IMG/VR virus record: IMGVR_UViG_3300044797_000318
Location: 1 to 64,000 of that record
DNA from: a virus
Strand: one strand, 5' to 3'
DNA length: 64,000 nucleotides
Shown: piece by piece, positions 58,145 to 64,000 of the stretch
Numbering within the stretch: position 1 is the stretch's first letter
How the letters are laid out: each line of letters starts with the position of its first letter
Notes under the pieces: model-generated
What the model was told of the DNA's origin: nothing
What the model saw: the letters and a program-made list of their open reading frames with translations, nothing else
The model's database searches: none
Made by a program: the position numbers and the translations under genes

Positions 58145-58900
58145 TTACAGTTTGTTGCGGAAATAATAGTCATTGAGATAGGCAATGGACTCGTGTGTGC
58201 CTGCGTCTGACCATAAACCTTCGGTAAAAGAAAAGGTTAGTTTACCTTCTCTATGATAAGCTTGCAGAATATCGGTAATTTCATATTCACCTCGAGCACT
58301 GGGCTTGAGGTCTTGGAAAAATCTGAAAAATTGACTATCGAACATATAGCAACCAGTAATAGCATAGTTATCATTATTAATATCTAACACTTGTGGCTTT
58401 TCTTCAATCTTGATAATTTGTCGCGCTTGATTGAGAGTAGCTACCCCAAATCTTTTGAGCTCAGGATGTCGATGCAAAACAACGGAAGCACACGTATTCC
58501 ACTTATAATCGTCTCCATATTCTTTTTCTTTATCATAAAAGAAAGAAACCGGTCTTTCAAATATATTGTCTCCCAACACAACTGCAAATTGGTCATTGGG
58601 CCAATCTACAAATCTTTTGCATAGATTGATAGCCTGCGCAATCCCTTTGGCCTCTCCTTGATACACATAATTGACGTTCATTCCAAAGGCGTGTCCGTCC
58701 TTCAAGTGATCCACTACTTGTGAGAAGTGGCTGCCCCCGAGAACAACCGTTAAATTTTCTACACCCATTTGTTTGAGCGTCTGGATAGGGTAATCGAGAA
58801 TGAACTTTCCATCCACTCCCAAGAGATGTTTATTGACCACATGAGTCAGTGGATATAATCTGGTACCGTTGCCACCTGCCAAAATGATGCCGTTCTTCAT
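58145..58900 (-). CDS. rmlA: Glucose-1-phosphate thymidylyltransferase
   Basis: GIILAGGNGTRLYPLT, LGDNIF, EEKP, SARGEYEITD and WSDAGT. Confidence 0.93.
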   Translation of the reverse strand: MKNGIILAGGNGTRLYPLTHVVNKHLLGVDGKFILDYPIQTLKQMGVENLTVVLGGSHFSQVVDHLKDGHAFGMNVNYVYQGEAKGIAQAINLCKRFVDWPNDQFAVVLGDNIFERPVSFFYDKEKEYGDDYKWNTCASVVLHRHPELKRFGVATLNQARQIIKIEEKPQVLDINNDNYAITGCYMFDSQFFRFFQDLKPSARGEYEITDILQAYHREGKLTFSFTEGLWSDAGTHESIAYLNDYYFRNKL

Positions 58901-58906
58901 AATACC

Positions 58907-59371
58907 TTATTTATTAAAATTGGAAATTTCTAGCTTAATGTATTTCAGCTTTTCCAAATGATGTCCTAAGAGAATTTGGTATTGTGTGTTTAGCATTTCG
59001 GAGACGGCAGGTGGATTGAAATGAACTCCTTCGTCTTTGATCATAAATTCTCGACCACGCTCCAATAGTGCCTGGGAGGATAGTGCGTACAGAACAGCGC
59101 CTTCTACCAACACCTCGGCAAAACAATCGACAAAACGACTATTCTCCAAAGTAAAATTTGTGAATTTTGGAATAGCGTTGAATTCGGAAACCGCTAAATC
59201 TATAAAAGACTCCAAAGTTTCTTTGCTATAAATATCGCAATCCACATAAATAACATTGCCGAGCTGATCGCTCGACTTAGCCTTACCTGAACTATTGAGC
59301 CTGGTTTTTACCGAAGCGATTAGACTATCTAAATTACGTTGGCCTTCACTTGAAATATTTTTGTTTTTCAT
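58907..59371 (-). CDS. Hypothetical protein, possibly head-tail connector-like
   Basis: 154 aa; weak pattern only. Confidence 0.6.
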   Translation of the reverse strand: MKNKNISSEGQRNLDSLIASVKTRLNSSGKAKSSDQLGNVIYVDCDIYSKETLESFIDLAVSEFNAIPKFTNFTLENSRFVDCFAEVLVEGAVLYALSSQALLERGREFMIKDEGVHFNPPAVSEMLNTQYQILLGHHLEKLKYIKLEISNFNK

Positions 59372-59388
59372 GCCAACTTATATATCAC

Positions 59389-59463
59389 TGGTATCTCTGG
59401 CAGGACTCGAACCTGCATAAAACTCGTTAGGAACAAGGTGCCCTTCCATTAGACCACAGAGAC
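59389..59463 (-). tRNA. tRNA-Arg(CCT)
   Basis: GTCTCTG/CAGAGAT acceptor stem, anticodon loop TT-CCT-AA, GGTTCGAGTCC T-arm, encoded CCA. Confidence 0.85.
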
Positions 59464-59472
59464 ATCTGCCTA

Positions 59473-60012
59473 TTATGCCTGTTTTTTAGTAGGAGAAACG
59501 ACCACGCTCATAAATTTGCCTTCCATATTAATTTGTGGATTGGGAGCAATCATCCCATCTAAACGCTGTAAAATCCACTCAATCTTTTCACGACCCACAT
59601 TAAGATGAACCACTTCTCTGCCACGAAAGCGCACGGTAAGTTTCGTCCTATTACCTTCTTCTAAAAATTCCTTAGCTTTAACTAATTTATGTTCAAGGTC
59701 TCCAATATCAGTATTCGGTCTAAATGTAATTTCTTTTAGCTCTTGCACTTGCTGATTTTTCTTTTGTTCTTGTGCTTTTTTCTTCTCTTCATATTTCATC
59801 TTGCCATAATTTATAATTCTTACAACTGGTGGCAATGCGCGAGGATTTATTTCTACTAAATCCAAATTTTCATCCTTAGCTAATTTAATAGCGTCTATGG
59901 TATTCATTATACCACCATTATCGCCATTAGACAAAATTACCCTAACTTGTGGAACTCTAATGTTTCCATTAACACGTTGCCTATATTGTTGCTGATTATT
60001 TTGTTGAGCCAA
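59473..60012 (-). CDS. infC: Translation initiation factor IF3
   Basis: RVNGNIRVPQVRVI, LDLVEI, PPVVRIINYGK, KEITFRP and RFRGRE; TTG start after GGAG. Confidence 0.95.
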   Translation of the reverse strand: MAQQNNQQQYRQRVNGNIRVPQVRVILSNGDNGGIMNTIDAIKLAKDENLDLVEINPRALPPVVRIINYGKMKYEEKKKAQEQKKNQQVQELKEITFRPNTDIGDLEHKLVKAKEFLEEGNRTKLTVRFRGREVVHLNVGREKIEWILQRLDGMIAPNPQINMEGKFMSVVVSPTKKQA

Positions 60013-60937
60013 TTTTCAATCTCCTATTATTCCATTCTTGTTCCCAGATAGAAATTATCTGGTATCCGTGTTTTCTAATCATCTCTTCACGATCTATTGT
60101 TTCTTTGTAAAGATCGCCGTATAATCTTTTATTGGAAGGATTAGTATCTGATGATTTGAAAATCTGTGGATTACCGTGCCAATAATCGCCGTAAAACTCA
60201 TAAACAGTGTTAGTGTCTGGATCAAATGCATCCACTATTATGTATGATGAGCCCAATACTATCTTTACTTGCCTGTGCTTATCATCATTTACAATACCCA
60301 AACTATTTAACCATTCTTCTTCTTTTTCAGAAAAGAGCGGGCGGCAAATAGAACATCCACTTCCTTGGAGATGGGCGCGAGCCATTTGCCAAAATGACCC
60401 GTGTTTTGGGCATATAATTTTTACTTTATCATTAGATAATTTATATTCAACTTTTGAATAATCATAATAATTATTATGAATTAAGTTTGCTCTAAATATA
60501 AACTCACCCGTATATGATTTTTTGGATTCTGAAATGGCTACAAACCCACATTTATGACATCCACTTCCACGCAAATGTTTATTGGGCATTTGTAAAAATA
60601 CACCATGTATTGGACATATAATTTTAACTTTTTCATTAGTTCTTGTGTAGATTACGGCAGAATAGTCGTATTTAAAATTATGAATTTCATTAGCCTTATC
60701 TACAAACTCCTCTTTTATTGAGGAATTAAGTTTTGAAAAATGTTCATTGCGACACAAACGGCATCCTTGCCCTTGCAAATGATTGGTCGCTAATTGCCAA
60801 AAAGATCCGTGCTCTGGACAAATAATCTCTATTTTTTCTAAGGAGCCCTTGTATTCACTCTTCGAATAATCATATGCTATAATATGTTTTGAAGTCGCTT
60901 TGCGCACAAAGTCTTCGGTAGATAGCTTAGTTCTCAA
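59996..60937 (-). CDS. Homing endonuclease-like protein: three YDYS...IICPxHG repeats plus a Vsr-like domain
   Basis: Repeats, then VDAFD...YEFYGDYWHG...IWE. Confidence 0.85.
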   Translation of the reverse strand: MRTKLSTEDFVRKATSKHIIAYDYSKSEYKGSLEKIEIICPEHGSFWQLATNHLQGQGCRLCRNEHFSKLNSSIKEEFVDKANEIHNFKYDYSAVIYTRTNEKVKIICPIHGVFLQMPNKHLRGSGCHKCGFVAISESKKSYTGEFIFRANLIHNNYYDYSKVEYKLSNDKVKIICPKHGSFWQMARAHLQGSGCSICRPLFSEKEEEWLNSLGIVNDDKHRQVKIVLGSSYIIVDAFDPDTNTVYEFYGDYWHGNPQIFKSSDTNPSNKRLYGDLYKETIDREEMIRKHGYQIISIWEQEWNNRRLKIGSTK

Positions 60938-60955
60938 TGTTCCACTCGTTCAATT

Positions 60956-61399
60956 TTATTTAACATCAATACCATAATCACTCAAAATAGAAATGTCAAG
61001 CGTCCATTGTTTTTTAGAACGTTTCGCCCAAATCTTAAAAGATTGTTGAATATGTTGCTCGGCTTGTTTATTAGTCCAACCATTGACTTTCATCAAATGT
61101 TGTTGCGCCCGTTTCTCTTTGCCCTGCACCCGTGCCAAACCAAAATGACATACCTGATGACAACTTTTGCATAGAGCTATTAGCCCAACTAATTTTTGAA
61201 TTGACTTGCCTTCATCATAAGACCAGCGCTCATGACAATCGTGCGCCTCGCCTTGGCAAATTTGACAAATATCATAGGCTTGTGAGCGAACTTGTTTTGA
61301 GAGAGAAGCCCATTGGGCACGAGTCAAAATAGCCCTGACATTGGAGCCGAATGCAGTGGCTGGCACTAAATCTAATGAAAGAAGAATATTGTTATTCAA
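60956..61399 (-). CDS. HNH-like nuclease
   Basis: LDLVP, CQIC, CHERWSY and LCKSCHQVCH. Confidence 0.75.
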   Translation of the reverse strand: MNNNILLSLDLVPATAFGSNVRAILTRAQWASLSKQVRSQAYDICQICQGEAHDCHERWSYDEGKSIQKLVGLIALCKSCHQVCHFGLARVQGKEKRAQQHLMKVNGWTNKQAEQHIQQSFKIWAKRSKKQWTLDISILSDYGIDVK

Positions 61400-61562
61400 A
61401 TTTGCTTAGCTTATAGGAAAGAGAATACAGTTCATTTTGCAAGACAACGGTAGAAATGGTCTTGCCATTGGCATCTGCCATTTTGGATAGGCCGGTCTTG
61501 TGCCTATTTTCTAACTCCTCTCGGAGTTCTTTCATTCTTGCTTGAATTTCGGATCGAGTCAT
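61392..61562 (-). CDS. Small hypothetical protein (56 aa)
   Basis: Manual translation MTRSEIQARMKELREELENRHK...LSKFE; below the ORF-track cutoff. Confidence 0.65.
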   Translation of the reverse strand: MTRSEIQARMKELREELENRHKTGLSKMADANGKTISTVVLQNELYSLSYKLSKFE

Positions 61563-61583
61563 CTTGCCTATATATCGTTTTAT

Positions 61584-61658
61584 TGGTGGGTTGTATGGGG
61601 GTCGAACCCATGACGTAGGATTTTAGAGATCCCCGCTCTACCACTGAGCTAACAACCC
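61584..61658 (-). tRNA. Amber suppressor tRNA (anticodon CTA), Lys-like body
   Basis: GGGTTGT TA GCTC AGTGGTA GAGC G GGGAT CT-CTA-AA ATCCT ACGTC ATGGG TTCGACC CCCAT ACAACCC A CCA; canonical cloverleaf. Confidence 0.92.
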
Positions 61659-61665
61659 ACTCTTC

Positions 61666-61821
61666 TTATTCTGTTTTATCGGCAGACTCAGGAACAAGAG
61701 GAGTAACGGACTCCATCAATTCCTTCTTTCGTTTTTCCATCATTTCATCCCAGGCTCGGATACCAAAACCAACAACAGTACCACACACTAATGACAATAA
61801 AAATAACTCAAATAACCACAT
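61666..61821 (-). CDS. Small single-pass membrane protein (51 aa)
   Basis: MWLFELFLLSLVCGTVVGFGIRAWDEMMEKRKK...; GGAG upstream. Confidence 0.65.
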   Translation of the reverse strand: MWLFELFLLSLVCGTVVGFGIRAWDEMMEKRKKELMESVTPLVPESADKTE

Positions 61822-61833
61822 ATTAATTCTCCA

Positions 61834-62802
61834 TTATGAAAGTTGCATCATTCGATCAATAGAAACACGAGCCCTGTTCATCAAATCTTTCGACATAATG
61901 ATCTGGGGCGACAGATCCCTCAAAGAAAGATATACCTTTTCCAAGGTATTCTTCCTCATAAACGGACACTCATTACAAGCGCAGCTGGCTTCGGGAGGGG
62001 CCGGTATGAAAGTTTTATGCGGAGCTGCTTTCTGCATCTGGTGCAAAATACCCGACTCGGTAGCCACAATAAATTCGTTGAATGGGCTTTCCACAGCAAA
62101 TTTGAGAATGCCCGTAGTGGAAGAGATATGATCCGCCATTTTGAGAATAGGTTCTTCACATTCGGGGTGGGCCAAAATCTTAGCGTTGGGATATCTTGTC
62201 TTCAAGCCAATCAGTTTGCGTTCGCTGAAAGTCTCATGAACAATACAGCTTCCTTGCCACAGGGTCATGGGTCGACCCGTTTTCTTGACCAAGTAATTTC
62301 CTAAGTTCTTATCCGGGGCAAAGAGAATGTTCTTGTCACCCGGAATGGCATTGACAATCTTCTCGGCATTGGAAGAGGTGCAAATGTAATCGGAGAGGGC
62401 CTTGACTTCCGCTGAGCAATTGATGTAGCTAATGACCACCGAATTGGGATGCAGACTTTTCCAAGCGGCAAATTTATCGGCAGGACAACCATCCGCCAAA
62501 GAACAACCAGCTTCCAAATCAGGTAGCACTACTGTTTTTTGTGGGCTGAGGATTTTAGCTGTCTCGGCCATAAAATGGACACCGGCAAAACATATGACAT
62601 CGGCATTGGTCTTGGCAGCTTGTTGAGAAAGTTGCAAGCTATCCCCAATGAAATCGGCCACATCTTGGATTTCGGATTCTTGGTAATAATGGGCTAAGAT
62701 AACGGCATTGCGTTCTTTTTTGAGCTTAGCAATCTCTTTTTCTAAATCGAGAGAAGGATCGATATGTTTATCATTCTTCATCAGCGATAAGTGTGTTGTC
62801 AT
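61834..62802 (-). CDS. nadA: Quinolinate synthase
   Basis: [50 protein letters not shown] and CPFM. Confidence 0.97.
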   Translation of the reverse strand: MTTHLSLMKNDKHIDPSLDLEKEIAKLKKERNAVILAHYYQESEIQDVADFIGDSLQLSQQAAKTNADVICFAGVHFMAETAKILSPQKTVVLPDLEAGCSLADGCPADKFAAWKSLHPNSVVISYINCSAEVKALSDYICTSSNAEKIVNAIPGDKNILFAPDKNLGNYLVKKTGRPMTLWQGSCIVHETFSERKLIGLKTRYPNAKILAHPECEEPILKMADHISSTTGILKFAVESPFNEFIVATESGILHQMQKAAPHKTFIPAPPEASCACNECPFMRKNTLEKVYLSLRDLSPQIIMSKDLMNRARVSIDRMMQLS

Positions 62803-62954
62803 CGTACTTCTCCAAGAATTGCTCTATTGCTGCTTGTAAATCTTCTTCTGATTTATAATATTCTTCATTAGACACATTTGCCCCATCAGACCAACAAGCC
62901 CCCAAATATCCGGCCCGATATGCCTGAATGACAAGTATCGCAAGTTCTTTTTCA

Positions 62955-63272
62955 TTATTCTTTTTCTTTCAACAACTTTTTGATATCGTTGGACAGGATA
63001 TTATGAGCTGCCGCATCTTCCCAGCGGGCCATTTCCCAAGCAATGCATTGATCCAAGTTCAATCTGATTTCTACTTTGACTTCGGAAAGAACTAAATGCA
63101 GCAGCTTGAACTGCTTCGATTTTTCCAACAGATTGTCATAGGTCAGTCTTTCGTTGAGATATTCTCGGGGCAGCTCTCCGAAGAATGCTACATACTTCTC
63201 CTGCGAGATTTTCCAGGGGTGCTTCTTGCGAACATTATCCGCAATGACGTGTAGGAGTTCGTGCTTATTCAT
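62955..63272 (-). CDS. Hypothetical protein
   Basis: 105-aa ORF. Confidence 0.65.
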   Translation of the reverse strand: MNKHELLHVIADNVRKKHPWKISQEKYVAFFGELPREYLNERLTYDNLLEKSKQFKLLHLVLSEVKVEIRLNLDQCIAWEMARWEDAAAHNILSNDIKKLLKEKE

Positions 63273-63275
63273 AAA

Positions 63276-63500
63276 TTACCAGAAAGCCTTATTGCGTTTA
63301 TATCTCTCCGCTTGCTCATTAGTATAATAAACATCATCAATGGCCCAGGTTTGAGAAGGTATATCCAAAATAACATTACAATTATCGCAACCCAACTGTG
63401 AGGCAAATGTAGTAATTTTATCTTCATCATATCGATATGTAATCACAAACATAAGGCCATTACATTTCGGACAATATCTGGGACAATCGGAAATTTTCAT
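63276..63500 (-). CDS. Small Zn-ribbon protein ending RNKAFW
   Basis: CPKC...CDNC; starts immediately after the tRNA CCA. Confidence 0.65.
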   Translation of the reverse strand: MKISDCPRYCPKCNGLMFVITYRYDEDKITTFASQLGCDNCNVILDIPSQTWAIDDVYYTNEQAERYKRNKAFW

Positions 63501-63501
63501 T

Positions 63502-63575
63502 TGGCGCCTCCAGCGAATTCTGACATCGCACGGTCCTTTTTAGAGAAGGATGCTCTTCCTTTGAGCTATGGAGGC
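63502..63575 (-). tRNA. Second amber (CTA) tRNA with a non-canonical T-arm
   Basis: GCCTCCA TA GCTC AAAGGAA GAGC A TCCTT CT-CTA-AA AAGGA CCGT GCGAT GTCAGAA TTCGC TGGAGGC G CCA. Acceptor, D and anticodon stems pair perfectly; the T-loop lacks TTCGA. Confidence 0.85.
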
Positions 63576-63579
63576 ATTA

Positions 63580-63930
63580 TTATTTAATATTTCTGAGTGC
63601 CAATTGCAATTTGCTACACAACTTTTTGGACTTGGGGCCCGGGGACAAAGCAATGGCAGTAATCTGATCCTCTATATCCGGCTCCCTAAAAATAGAGAAA
63701 TGAATATCATTGGCAGCCGCTTGTTCAATTAATTTAGTTAGTTCCTGCTCATCAGCCACTGACAAGAGGCCTAAATAATTAGATTGCTTATACCAATGCT
63801 CGGCATACTCTGGATGCTCGAACACAAATTGGATACCTGCGTGTAGTGATTGGACGGCCTGATAACCCTCTTCCAAGTCTTGGCGAGTAATAACATAAAG
63901 TTTATCGCCTTCTTTGATCTATAAACTCAT
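63580..63930 (-). CDS. PTH2-family peptidyl-tRNA hydrolase-like protein with an in-frame TAG at codon 4
   Basis: GGAG-7nt-ATG AGT TTA TAG ATC AAA GAA GGC GAT AAA CTT TAT GTT ATT ACT CGC CAA GAC TTG = MSL*IKEGDKLYVITRQDLEEGYQAVQSLHA...FREPD...TAIAL...LQL. Confidence 0.82.
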
Positions 63931-64000
63931 TTTTTATCTCCAAATAATTTTTGGCAGATCGCTCTGCCTCGTTTGTCGATTTGCTTCCACTTGATCTTGA
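63927..64000 (-). CDS. 3' end of an unidentified upstream gene coupled to the Pth-like gene
   Basis: Open frame KIKWKQIDKRGRAICQKLFGDKK-TGA; its TGA overlaps the ATG at 63930 (ATGA). Confidence 0.7.
   Translation of the reverse strand, partial: KIKWKQIDKRGRAICQKLFGDKK

Noticed and set aside
56-62626. Numerous plus-strand ORFs of 60-190 aa antisense to long minus-strand genes
   Set aside because: Shadow frames with no motifs; only 45259-45705 and the 54446-56698 block are credible plus-strand genes.
61584-63575. Pyrrolysine system
   Set aside because: Both CUA tRNAs have standard 5-bp anticodon stems and normal D arms, and no pylS/B/C/D genes are in the window.
63502-63575. Reading this tRNA as Arg(TCT)
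   Set aside because: The TCCTT/AAGGA stem centres CTA in a 7-nt loop; centring TCT breaks the stem.
63580-63876. ORF-track start at TTG (MEEGYQ...) for the Pth-like gene
   Set aside because: It omits the conserved KLYVITRQDL strand and has no clear SD; the ATG at 63930 has an SD and translational coupling.
1-64000. Genome-wide TAG reassignment (code 15)
   Set aside because: Long genes are intact under code 11; only one convincing in-frame TAG was seen.
1-64000. Bacterial chromosome origin
   Set aside because: Host-like genes are divergent and out of their normal operons (infC without rpmI/rplT, no clpX), among T4-like replication genes and many homing endonucleases. A phage is more likely, though no terminase or portal gene is present to prove it.

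Overview
AT-rich, very gene-dense window with almost all genes on the minus strand. It reads like part of a jumbo/huge bacteriophage genome, although no terminase or full capsid gene is inside the window, so this is inference. Replication and recombination genes: DnaE, a split DnaG, gp32-like SSB, RecA/UvsX, UvsY-like, RuvC-like, SbcCD, TopA, FtsK and a dNMP kinase. Translation and proteostasis genes: a tRNA nucleotidyltransferase missed by the ORF track, trigger factor, DnaJ, peptide deformylase, bS21, IF3, ClpP plus an inactive ClpR-like paralog, DksA/TraR and a PTH2-like hydrolase. Also two DNA methyltransferases, RmlA plus a rhamnose epimerase/reductase, NadA, and many intact or decayed homing endonucleases. 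The most striking signal is at the right end. A PTH2-like peptidyl-tRNA hydrolase gene has an in-frame TAG at codon 4 (ATG AGT TTA TAG ATC AAA...). A tRNA with a CUA amber anticodon starts 4 nt after its stop, and a second CUA tRNA lies about 1.9 kb further on. None of the more than 80 intact genes I checked ends in TAG. This suggests an amber-gated Pth/suppressor-tRNA system rather than genome-wide recoding. All family calls come from motif recognition by eye; no searches were run.
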